IMG/VR virus record: IMGVR_UViG_3300026059_000005
Span: 3,177 to 67,176 of that record
Source of the DNA: a virus
Taxonomy: Duplodnaviria > Caudoviricetes
Reading direction: 5' to 3' (one strand)
Length of the DNA stretch: 64,000 nucleotides
In this document: one piece after another, positions 18,922 to 27,799 of the stretch
How the letters are laid out: each line of letters starts with the position of its first letter
How positions within the stretch are numbered: position 1 is the first letter of the stretch
Program-made: the position numbers and the translations under genes
The notes under the pieces: model-generated
What the model saw: only the letters and a program-made list of their open reading frames with translations
What the model was told of the DNA's origin: nothing
The model's database searches: none

Positions 18922-19704
18922 TTACATTCGCCCTAGGGCGTTGGCCGTGCGACGGTCGTAATAGCCTCGCGTGTATTCGAGCTGCAGGTTTCCGCCTGGG
19001 TCGCGTTTGTAGAAAAGATCGCCCGGGCCGGCATTCGAGAATCCCACTCCTCCGCCGGCTCCACCCGATTCGTTGGTGGTCGACTCCTTGGTGGCGCTCT
19101 CGAGGTAGGTCTTGTAGGCGTTGTTGTAGGCCGTCATCATGCTTTCCGTTTTGGCCTGCCAGTTTTTCTGCGCCTCTTGGGCCAGCAGGTTGAGCTCTTG
19201 CTGATGCTCCTGGCGCGCCTGGCTGCCGGCGCCGGCCATCGCGCTCTCGAGCCCGGTACCGTACCCCTGGAGCGCCTCACGCAACGTCATGCGCCTGACG
19301 TTGGGGTTGTCGCTGTTGACGTTCATCGCCCCCTGCAGGCCTTCACGCAGCTTGCGCACCGCGGGCGCGGAGATCTCCTGGGTCAGCGCCCGAATCTTGC
19401 GCTTGTCAGGTTTTGGCATTGTCAGCGTCGGGAGATCCGGGAGCTCGGGGGCCTTCCCATTGAAAATGGTTCTGGTAATGGTTTGCCTGCTGCCGCCCCC
19501 ACCGCCACCGCCGCCGACCCTGGATCCGCCAGAGCTCGACCTTGAATTGGGGGTCAGGGTCCAGTCGTTATCACCAGGCCCAAAGCGAGTGACATAACCT
19601 CCGCTTTCCAGAACTGGGTATTTCACGCTGCCGCCGCCAGCCACCCCCTGCGATTCTTCGCCATACCTTCCGGGTGTGTAATTTCCAAAATATGAAGATG
19701 CCAT
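18922..19704 (-). CDS. Putative small ejection (pilot-like) protein
   Basis: Start at ATG 19704 with RBS AGGAGG; Gly/Ser/Gln-rich helical composition. Confidence 0.65.
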   Translation of the reverse strand: MASSYFGNYTPGRYGEESQGVAGGGSVKYPVLESGGYVTRFGPGDNDWTLTPNSRSSSGGSRVGGGGGGGGSRQTITRTIFNGKAPELPDLPTLTMPKPDKRKIRALTQEISAPAVRKLREGLQGAMNVNSDNPNVRRMTLREALQGYGTGLESAMAGAGSQARQEHQQELNLLAQEAQKNWQAKTESMMTAYNNAYKTYLESATKESTTNESGGAGGGVGFSNAGPGDLFYKRDPGGNLQLEYTRGYYDRRTANALGRM

Positions 19705-19712
19705 GAGTCCTC

Positions 19713-20255
19713 CTATTTTCCGCAACCGCCGTTTGGTCTTGCCGCAGCAGCTTGCGCCTTGTGTCGTGACCGCCTTCTTTCCATCCTCATGCTACGCGGA
19801 ACTAAGCGCATCGAAGCCCGTTTCAGTCTTCGTTTCATATCATTTTTAAACCCACCCGGAGGCAACTCTTTAACCTGTTGCGCCAGCTCTTTTTCGTAGG
19901 GCAATTCCGAATAGAGCTCATATCCACAATTCATGCCATCCATGCAAAACCAAAGCGAACGATACTTCTGGTCAACCTGGGAGCATGGCCGGTCGTTGAC
20001 CTCTACAAGTTTAAGAAAGTTACCGCAATCAGGGCATCGCCGTGAGCCCATCCGAACATCATCGCGTATTTTCTTCATGCGGGTCAGATGGTCCTGATGT
20101 CCGTTTCTTAAATCCTTGAACCATTGATCCGCGTACCCCAACAATTCGGCAACGGTGCAACCGTTGCGCTCCATTTCCTTCAAGATCGTAACCATGTCTT
20201 GAATCTGGCCCAGGGGATAATTTTCGAAAACCCACTTTGGAAAATTTTCGCTCAC
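19713..20255 (-). CDS. Zinc-ribbon protein
   Basis: CPDCG...WFC.DG.NCG; GTG start overlaps the upstream stop (GTGA). Confidence 0.6.
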   Translation of the reverse strand: MSENFPKWVFENYPLGQIQDMVTILKEMERNGCTVAELLGYADQWFKDLRNGHQDHLTRMKKIRDDVRMGSRRCPDCGNFLKLVEVNDRPCSQVDQKYRSLWFCMDGMNCGYELYSELPYEKELAQQVKELPPGGFKNDMKRRLKRASMRLVPRSMRMERRRSRHKAQAAAARPNGGCGK

Positions 20256-21592
20256 GATGAACACACCCATTCAAAAAGAATCGGTTCGCTATTTCCCTCG
20301 CACCAAATATGCATATACATCCCTTCCGGGCACATCGTGCAAGGACCGCCCCAATCTTCAACGATACAATGATTGTTAATCACGCAATTATAACCGGACC
20401 AAATATCAATTATGTTGGCGCATCCCCAGGTCGGATCGGCGGGATACCCCGTACACATGGCCTCGCAATCTCCGCAACCCATACTATTTGGGCAACCATG
20501 CTCCCCGCCGGTCAAGACAAAGCAATGCCGCACTTTCCATTTCCCAGCCACGCGCTCATGTGTTGGAAGGCTACAAAAACCTAACGCATACGGGTCGCGG
20601 GCGGTGGGAGGCCCAGGGATCATGTTTTCGAAAGGATACCTTTCTAACCAATAGCTTCTGTTGGTGGTTCTTATTTCATAAGTGTCGGAAAGGCCGCATG
20701 AGTCAGTAACCGCGATAGAGCCTACACCGCAAGCGTTTATTGTTCTAACGAAATTTACCCTCGAGGTGGTTTTGGTAACAGGAAAAGAAAACCCCTCGCC
20801 GCTGACCGACCATGTGAATGGCGGGGTTCCCGTTCCTTCCTCTAAAAAAAGAGCGGCGTCGGTCCAGCCCCCCATTGTTTCAGGTGAGCTATCAAGATCA
20901 AATTGAGGCGCGATCGATTCATCGGTGCAAGTCGCCACGGTGAGATCGGTCGAGCATGAAGACCCGGAGGCGGTGTACGCGATCAGGACCACATACAGCT
21001 CGCCGGTTCTCGGGTTGGCTTCGTATCCAGAAATATCGTCGTTCACCCGAATGATTACCGTGCATTCTGGTACGTTGCCGTAGGGGATGCCGCCTTTGGC
21101 CAGATACATCTGGTACGACTTGTTGTTGCACCCGGAGGCCACATAAGGCGGCTTGACAAAGGTCGCCGGCCCCTGGAGCTCCATCCGGATGATCTGATCA
21201 TCGCCCATCGCTAAGCGGGCGTAAGCGGTTTGCCCCGGGCGCGCCAAGCTCGGCGTGAGCGGTTGCCTGAAGAAACATCCCAAGAACTCACGGTTAGGAT
21301 CATCCGGATTATATTCATGCGGAATGATTGGGCCCCCGGGATCAAGCGGATCAACTTGAACCGGAGTGTCCGGGAGCTGGGGCCAGACCGGGTTCCACGG
21401 CGGCCAGTCGTAGCCCTCCATCTCAGGGTATTCCAAATCGTCGCGGTACGGCTGTTTGTACTCGGAATGCTTCCGCCACTTATTGGCGTGGAAGTCCGAT
21501 GCAAGGCGCTTTTGCTCGGAGTAGCTGCGCTTGCTGATGTACATCCGGCGGCCGTAGTCCCTGCCGCCTGTTGTGTCCTTAGGATCAGCCAT
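20252..21592 (-). CDS. Cys-rich tail-associated protein
   Basis: 446 aa with 20 Cys, 13 of them in the last 107 aa; Ig-like-looking middle. Confidence 0.65.
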   Translation of the reverse strand: MADPKDTTGGRDYGRRMYISKRSYSEQKRLASDFHANKWRKHSEYKQPYRDDLEYPEMEGYDWPPWNPVWPQLPDTPVQVDPLDPGGPIIPHEYNPDDPNREFLGCFFRQPLTPSLARPGQTAYARLAMGDDQIIRMELQGPATFVKPPYVASGCNNKSYQMYLAKGGIPYGNVPECTVIIRVNDDISGYEANPRTGELYVVLIAYTASGSSCSTDLTVATCTDESIAPQFDLDSSPETMGGWTDAALFLEEGTGTPPFTWSVSGEGFSFPVTKTTSRVNFVRTINACGVGSIAVTDSCGLSDTYEIRTTNRSYWLERYPFENMIPGPPTARDPYALGFCSLPTHERVAGKWKVRHCFVLTGGEHGCPNSMGCGDCEAMCTGYPADPTWGCANIIDIWSGYNCVINNHCIVEDWGGPCTMCPEGMYMHIWCEGNSEPILFEWVCSS

Positions 21593-22004
21593 CGGTCAAA
21601 GTCAGAATCCCATTCGCGTGAAACTGGATCACGGACATAAAGCCTTGCGGAGAAACCAGCCGGGTTGGGTCCAAAAGACAAACCAGAGCGTCGCTGGCGT
21701 GGCTGTCATCGTAAACCGCGACATACCTGAAATCAGGCTCCAGCTCCTCCAGCGTTATATCGGCGGCATCAAATTTGGCCGTCACCGTGTCCCTGGTGAT
21801 TTCCACGTTTGTAAGCGCAACTCCGCCGGTTGTGTACCCTCCCCCGGAAACCTCGTCGGACGAAATGTCGGAATAAAACTCGTGGCCGGATTTGCTGGGG
21901 GTGTGCGTAGCTGCCAGCAAAACCAGTTTGAACGTATGAGCCGCATCAATCTCACCGCTCAATATCCTCGGCTTTGCCTTGTCGTAAACGAAGTCGGCCA
22001 TCAA
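21585..22004 (-). CDS. Small tail structural protein
   Basis: FKLVLL...EVSGGGYTTGG.ALT...FDAADIT...YVAVYD is a pattern I recognise as common in phage tail modules. Confidence 0.75.
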   Translation of the reverse strand: MMADFVYDKAKPRILSGEIDAAHTFKLVLLAATHTPSKSGHEFYSDISSDEVSGGGYTTGGVALTNVEITRDTVTAKFDAADITLEELEPDFRYVAVYDDSHASDALVCLLDPTRLVSPQGFMSVIQFHANGILTLTDG

Positions 22005-25000
22005 TCAGTCCTCCACCCGGTAAACCGCGCCTTTGGGCGTTCCCCAGAAAAACCAAGCTGGGGCCGTTGGCCGGTAAAGGTAAGCCGCGGACGCTTCCCC
22101 TCCCACAAAAGAGTTTTTAATCGGGTCAGCGAAAAGATCTCTTTGAACCGTGCCGGGTGAGCCGCGACCTTGAGTTTTGTTTCTCCCACCCAAACGTAAA
22201 CGGTCGCCAGCGTGATAACTTCATCCAGGTAATAGGTGGTTTCGGAATCGACGTTCACGATTTGAATGTCGAGCGACTGAAGAGCTTCCAGGAAATCAGC
22301 GTCGATGTTGGCAATGTCGAGAGAAAAGCTTTGCCATACGTTTGCCGATTCTATGTTGGGCTCGATCCAGGCGTGTTCGATGTCATCGTATTCATAGGAA
22401 ATGATGACCACTCCATCGGCGCCCATCCCACCGCCGGGCCTCACATCGGCCCCACCGCCGCCTCCGCTTCCCGTGTTCTGAACCGCATCCCGGCCCAATG
22501 ATTCAACCGCCATCCCGCCATCACCGCCAAGCTTGCTGCCGCCAGCCCCCAATACCCCTGCTTGTGTGGCCCATGCCCCACCGCCGCCGCCAGCCGCGTA
22601 AAGCGTAGCAATGCCGGTAATCGAGTTGGAAACGCCAGGCCCGCCATCTCCACCGTTGGCGCCGCTTCCATCCGAACCAACACCCCCGGCTCCACCGCCG
22701 CCACCGCCGCCACCGTTTGTGCCGTTGTACCCACCAGCCCCGCCGGCATACCCTTGGTCAGTCGTGCCGGAGCCCCCGGCGCCAGCCGATACCGAACCGG
22801 ACGCCCCGCCGCCGGAGCCGCCATCGCGGCCGGTTTTAAGGGAATCGTCGGACTTGAAACAGCCGCCCCCGCCGCCGCCGATTGCGGTCAAGGTGTCGAA
22901 AACGGAATTCCCGCCGTCTGATCCCTTTTGGTCTTCTTGCCCCGTACCTGGAAGGCCTCCCTTGCCGACCGTGATTGCGTAAGGCTGAGAGGTGACAGTA
23001 TGCCCGGTTGCGTAAATAACCCCACCGCCACCGCCTCCCCCACCGTTTGCGGTCCCGCCGCCGCCCCCGCCGGCCACCACTAAGACATCGACCTCCCCGC
23101 CGTTGGGCGGATAGAAAATACCGTCTTCGGTGAAGGTGAGAACGACCCTGGAGCCGTTGAAAGTCTTCTTGCCACCGATATTCACGGGAAGGCTTACGCG
23201 AAGATTGGCGCCTGTACGGGTAGCCCTTAACTTGAAATTGAAATTGGACCGGCCGGCGATGTCCAGCTTCAAGTCGATGGTCGGGTAGCTGATAATCACG
23301 ATACCGGAGCCTCCGTTACCGGCCCGCATCGCCAGATTGTCAACATTCGCTCCGCCGCCCCCGCCAGTAAAAGGCAACCCGCTATATGGATTTCCGCCTT
23401 GCCCACCGGCTGAACCGCCGCCGCCGATCCCGCCTATTCCGTCCGGGCTAAAATTGTAACCGCCCCCACCCCCGCCGCCGCCGTAGTAAACTTCTTCACC
23501 CGAAATCGAACTTGCGATCCCTGGGCCACCGTCGCCGGCCCAGGTATTAGCCGACGTTTTTCCAGGCCCGCCCGCTCCGCCGCCGCCGCCCGCGTTGTAA
23601 GGGAATACGCCCGATCCGGCCAAGCCTCCGTTGTACCCCTGTCCAGGAGTCCCGGCGCCGCCCGCTTTTGTTTGGCCCCCACCGCCCCCGCTTCCTCCGG
23701 TACGGCCTACCGACGATGACAAGCCACCTCCACCCCCGCCACCCCCGCCGTAGGCATAGGCGATATAAGCCCTGACAAACGTAGCAACCGGCAAATGTTC
23801 TTTATCCCCTGCAATAAAACTTGGCCGGCCATCGGCGCCCTGGGCGCCTTGCGAATTGGAGGCGCCCATGCCTCCCGCACCGACCTGGACAAAGTATTCG
23901 CCGGGATTCAAAATAGTGGAAAGCTGTACGACTCCGCCGGCCCCGCCGCCCCCGCCGGAATAACCGCCCCCGCCGCCGCCGCCGGCCACCACAAGCAAAT
24001 CGGCGTTCAAAGAAATTCCTGGCGGGATTTTAAGCCAATCATCTTGCTTGAAAGTGTGAATGGTGCGACCGTTGGCGGTTGTGATCGTGCCGCCTTCCAC
24101 AAGGAGGTTGCGCGTCAAATTCTCGTCCAGCGTGTCGGTTGTGGCCACCAGCCGTAGCGCGGCGCTTCCTTCATTCACAATCGGAGAAGGGGGTGCATAG
24201 GGGGCGCTGGGCGGCGTGAAGTTTGCGTTCCAACGATAGGTGCCAACCGAAAGGCGGTACTCATCTATGTAGCCGTCAAGATAGTGGGTGCCGTCCCATC
24301 CTTTCCCAATCCACAACGGAGTGGCGTAATCCGGGATGCTGGCGGAGGAAGTATAGTTACTTCCGACTTGAACACCGTCCACAAACCATCGAAACGTACT
24401 CCCATCGCGCGTGTACGCTATGTGATACCATTTATGGGGGGTAAGGTTAATAATGGCATTGTGACCGTTGATGATCCAAGTGTAATTATTTCGGCAGTTG
24501 GCATAAAACTGAAGCACCCCACCAGCCTGGGAATATTTTAAGTTAAAATAGTGACCAGCTGATTCATTCCCCTGGAAATAGAAATATTTGTTATAAAAAT
24601 TGGCCGGGTTGGTGGTCATGCAAAGCCAAAAATCAATGCAAAAGTTATCCGTCCCAAGAACAAAATCGGCTGAGTCTTGGATTTCAATATTGGCGTATGG
24701 GTAAAGATGAAGACTTGATCGACCGAATTTTTTCTTTAAAGTCGAAAGGCGGGCATCGTAAAAAAACTGAACGGTTTGGCCGGTTTCAGCTTTATAAAAC
24801 CCGTCGAGGTGTTCGCCTTCGAAGTGCATTAGGAGCTTGGTGTAACTGTCATCCGGGCCATCAATTCCGCGTTCTACTTTGGGAATATCGTTTGAATAAA
24901 ACGGTTTTGCGGGCGGCCTGAAATTGGTAACGTACCGGGCAATCCCCTTGCTGATTCTCACCTCGTCTATATATCCGGCAAAACCGTTGACCATCCCAAC

Positions 25001-27295
25001 CCCGTCAACGCCGATAGCCGGGCGGTTTGCGCCCACCCCCCAGTTGACCGTATCGGACCACGGAGTTCCCTGCAAAACGCCATCCAAAAACAAGCGGGTC
25101 AAATTCCTACACCTTGCCACGGCAATATGGTGCCATTCCGAATTGGCGACAAAGGTGTGACCCGTTATTCGAAGGTCGTTGTTTTGGTAAAATCTAATTT
25201 TATTTGCTAGAAGGTGGATAAACGGGTATTGAGAGGAAAAAGACGATTGCCTAAAATCAATGATCGCCCGGTCCTGGTTGAAATCAGACGAATAAACCCA
25301 ACATTCAATCGTCCAATCAAGAGTCGCCCCAAAGATGAAATCAACCCCGTTATTGCCAAGCACATAATCGCCAGTACCATCCAGCTTCAAGCTGGAAGTG
25401 CCGAACTTTGCTTGCTCGGTCGAGGTGATGGCGTTTCCGCCCACGGTCCATATTTTTCCGGTTTCATCGGTGAAAACGGTTCCCTGATCCGCCCCCTCGA
25501 AATGCAAAAGCGCCTTGGTGAAATGGTCGAATTTTCTATCCGAATTTGGCGACCACGCCTTTAGAATGTCGGAGTGGGAGGGGTATTCCATCAGGTCCAA
25601 AGAAAGATCGGTGCCGGTCGTGCCGTACAAATTATCCAAATAGAAAGTGGTCGCCGAATCGGCGTTAATGACGCTTATTTGAATGCTTCTGATGCGCTTT
25701 AATTTCTTCATCCCCGGGAAAGCATAGGTGAAGGTTCCCCAGGTGTCGGCCTGAGTGACGTTGGGAATAAAATCCCAAGAATAACCGGAGCCGTTAAACG
25801 TGATCTTGATGTTGCTCCCGGAGCGGTTGGAACGAAGATCGAACTTGATAAACTTGCAAGCGGTCAAATCAAGCGGGGTGTCGAAATGCCTGGCAACGGC
25901 TGGCCCATAAATTTCGTTGACAACATTGTCCGTTCGCACCGTGCCGGCTTGCGCTACCAGCTTGAGCGCATAAGAGCCCTCGTTGACGATGCTGGCTTCG
26001 GAAGAAATCACAAGCCCCTGATAGGGCTCGTTTGGCGGCGTGAAGGTGTCGAACCAGCGGGCAATCCCCTTGCTGACTCGAAATTCGGCTATGTAGCCCG
26101 GGGTGCAAATGTTTGTGTCCATCCCTCTGGCCAAAAGCACCGGGCGCCGCGCATCGACCAAAGCGAGTGTTATGGGGGTGGGGTAGTTATTGGCATCGGT
26201 CCAGGTGCTTCCTTCCTGAACGCCATTTAAAAAAAGCTTGGTTTCCCCGGATTGTCGGACAAGCGCAACATGGTTCCAGGTCTTATCAACCATTACCGTT
26301 GTGCCTGAAATCACATCGGCGCTGTTCATGTAAAGCCTAACCACGCGCCCGGTGGTCGTGTAGATGCACGGATAATAGCCGTTAACGGCTGGCCTGAAAT
26401 CGCACCATTCCTTGCTGGCGGTGTCGAAACTGGAAGCCCAAATCCAAAAATCAATCGTGTAATCCCCGGTCCCGAACCCGAAATCGGGCCGGCCATCAGC
26501 ATACAGACAATCCCCCGTCCCATCCCCAGCGATAGCCGCCCCGCCCACGCGGGAGCCGACCGTGTGCCTGATTTTCGTATCGCCGTTGAATTCCCAAAAG
26601 CGCCCGCACTCGTCCCGCAACCGATCGACTTGAAAGTCAACCCCGTAAAAATGGAGAAGCGACATGGTATAAATGTCATCCGGCCCCAGGGAAAACCTGG
26701 GCCGGCTCATCAACGTCAAGCGTCGGACGGCCATGTAGGACGCATCGCCCCAATTATCGGCGAACTTGAAGGCGTAATACCGATAGGGGATGCTGGCCGT
26801 TACGTCGAAATACTGGGGGTCGGAGTTGTTGTGATATTCAGCCGCGTGTTTGGCAAATTGCGAAATGCTGGTGGTGAGCTGGGTCCATCCGGTGTCAGTC
26901 CCGTAGGTCAATTCGGCAAAGGCGGAGGGATCGTTAGACCCCCAGAGCGTGAAATTCTTGGCCCCTCGCGTAGTATTGGCGGCGGTGTCATGCCCGTTTT
27001 CGTAATAAACCTTTTCGATGAAGCGGGCCACCCCCAGGTCGATGTGGAAGCGCTGATTGGTTGCCGCGTTGCTCTGCCACCCGTTTGGGTTTTGGTTTGC
27101 GGTTAGCAGCTTGCCCGGGTCGGCGGCGTTGGGCGGGACCGTGTTGGCGTCATAGTAGGAAGTGGCCTTGACATAGGTGTCCGTAAAAAACGGCGGAAAG
27201 ACAGGGATCGGCGGAATGGTCGTGTTCCGCAACCACGCCTTTTCGGCCTCGAAATTCGAGGCGTACTCCATCAGGTCTATGGTGACGTTCGACAT
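22001..27295 (-). CDS. Modular tail fibre / receptor-binding protein (discoidin-like, 3x LamG-like, 2x Gly-rich domains, 2x CBM-like scaffold)
   Basis: 1764 aa. Three LLHF(Y/E)G...FT/RPP..P(F/Y) LamG-like units and two LVVAGGGGGG...GGSGGG...G..GIVIISY Gly-rich units. Confidence 0.85.
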   Translation of the reverse strand: MSNVTIDLMEYASNFEAEKAWLRNTTIPPIPVFPPFFTDTYVKATSYYDANTVPPNAADPGKLLTANQNPNGWQSNAATNQRFHIDLGVARFIEKVYYENGHDTAANTTRGAKNFTLWGSNDPSAFAELTYGTDTGWTQLTTSISQFAKHAAEYHNNSDPQYFDVTASIPYRYYAFKFADNWGDASYMAVRRLTLMSRPRFSLGPDDIYTMSLLHFYGVDFQVDRLRDECGRFWEFNGDTKIRHTVGSRVGGAAIAGDGTGDCLYADGRPDFGFGTGDYTIDFWIWASSFDTASKEWCDFRPAVNGYYPCIYTTTGRVVRLYMNSADVISGTTVMVDKTWNHVALVRQSGETKLFLNGVQEGSTWTDANNYPTPITLALVDARRPVLLARGMDTNICTPGYIAEFRVSKGIARWFDTFTPPNEPYQGLVISSEASIVNEGSYALKLVAQAGTVRTDNVVNEIYGPAVARHFDTPLDLTACKFIKFDLRSNRSGSNIKITFNGSGYSWDFIPNVTQADTWGTFTYAFPGMKKLKRIRSIQISVINADSATTFYLDNLYGTTGTDLSLDLMEYPSHSDILKAWSPNSDRKFDHFTKALLHFEGADQGTVFTDETGKIWTVGGNAITSTEQAKFGTSSLKLDGTGDYVLGNNGVDFIFGATLDWTIECWVYSSDFNQDRAIIDFRQSSFSSQYPFIHLLANKIRFYQNNDLRITGHTFVANSEWHHIAVARCRNLTRLFLDGVLQGTPWSDTVNWGVGANRPAIGVDGVGMVNGFAGYIDEVRISKGIARYVTNFRPPAKPFYSNDIPKVERGIDGPDDSYTKLLMHFEGEHLDGFYKAETGQTVQFFYDARLSTLKKKFGRSSLHLYPYANIEIQDSADFVLGTDNFCIDFWLCMTTNPANFYNKYFYFQGNESAGHYFNLKYSQAGGVLQFYANCRNNYTWIINGHNAIINLTPHKWYHIAYTRDGSTFRWFVDGVQVGSNYTSSASIPDYATPLWIGKGWDGTHYLDGYIDEYRLSVGTYRWNANFTPPSAPYAPPSPIVNEGSAALRLVATTDTLDENLTRNLLVEGGTITTANGRTIHTFKQDDWLKIPPGISLNADLLVVAGGGGGGGYSGGGGGAGGVVQLSTILNPGEYFVQVGAGGMGASNSQGAQGADGRPSFIAGDKEHLPVATFVRAYIAYAYGGGGGGGGGLSSSVGRTGGSGGGGGQTKAGGAGTPGQGYNGGLAGSGVFPYNAGGGGGAGGPGKTSANTWAGDGGPGIASSISGEEVYYGGGGGGGGYNFSPDGIGGIGGGGSAGGQGGNPYSGLPFTGGGGGANVDNLAMRAGNGGSGIVIISYPTIDLKLDIAGRSNFNFKLRATRTGANLRVSLPVNIGGKKTFNGSRVVLTFTEDGIFYPPNGGEVDVLVVAGGGGGGTANGGGGGGGGVIYATGHTVTSQPYAITVGKGGLPGTGQEDQKGSDGGNSVFDTLTAIGGGGGGCFKSDDSLKTGRDGGSGGGASGSVSAGAGGSGTTDQGYAGGAGGYNGTNGGGGGGGGAGGVGSDGSGANGGDGGPGVSNSITGIATLYAAGGGGGAWATQAGVLGAGGSKLGGDGGMAVESLGRDAVQNTGSGGGGGADVRPGGGMGADGVVIISYEYDDIEHAWIEPNIESANVWQSFSLDIANIDADFLEALQSLDIQIVNVDSETTYYLDEVITLATVYVWVGETKLKVAAHPARFKEIFSLTRLKTLLWEGKRPRLTFTGQRPQLGFSGERPKARFTGWRTD

Positions 27296-27637
27296 TTAAC
27301 CCAGTTCCGGCTCGATGTTCAAAAGGCATTGCTGGCGAAAAACCTTGTCGGTTCCGTAGGTGATCGAATCGTAAAGACCATAGACGGTGATAAGCCTGGC
27401 CGCGACCGCATCGGAGCGATTCCGGAGGTCTTCTCCCGTGAGCTCAATCGTGATCGTGACGTCGAGATCTAGCAGCGGGATTTGAACGGCGTCCCGCTCG
27501 TTCACGATATTACCGGCCATGTCGGTCAGCTTCCAATACACTTCGGAAGGGACAAACGGCGCGTCGTTTTCATCGAAAAACCCAACGGTGACATAGTAGG
27601 TAGATCGCTCCTTGGCGGTCTTGGCGAGGATGTCCAT
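27296..27637 (-). CDS. BppU-N-like fibre attachment/adaptor protein
   Basis: 113 aa beta protein (YYVTVGFFDEND.PFVPSEVYWKL) directly upstream of the fibre gene. Confidence 0.5.
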   Translation of the reverse strand: MDILAKTAKERSTYYVTVGFFDENDAPFVPSEVYWKLTDMAGNIVNERDAVQIPLLDLDVTITIELTGEDLRNRSDAVAARLITVYGLYDSITYGTDKVFRQQCLLNIEPELG

Positions 27638-27799
27638 CTATCTCTTCCCCTTCTCGATCGGGATGCCGTGCTCTGGCTTTTTCCAGAACCCGTGTGGGTT
27701 GAGGGGCGGTGTCTTGCCGATCTCCTTGCACTCGAAAAACTGCCGGCGCCAGGGATGGGTGACGTCTTTGACCTCTTTTTTTTCTATCTCGGTTCCCAT
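27638..27799 (-). CDS. Small hypothetical protein
   Basis: Likely start ATG 27799 (MGTEIEKKEV), 53 aa, fills the gap between tail genes. Confidence 0.45.
   Translation of the reverse strand: MGTEIEKKEVKDVTHPWRRQFFECKEIGKTPPLNPHGFWKKPEHGIPIEKGKR

Noticed and set aside
22390-24100. Two similar Gly-rich blocks in the fibre gene as a possible DGR template/variable repeat pair
   Set aside because: Both are in-frame coding domains, diverged at all base types rather than only adenines, and I found no reverse transcriptase or Avd gene in the window.
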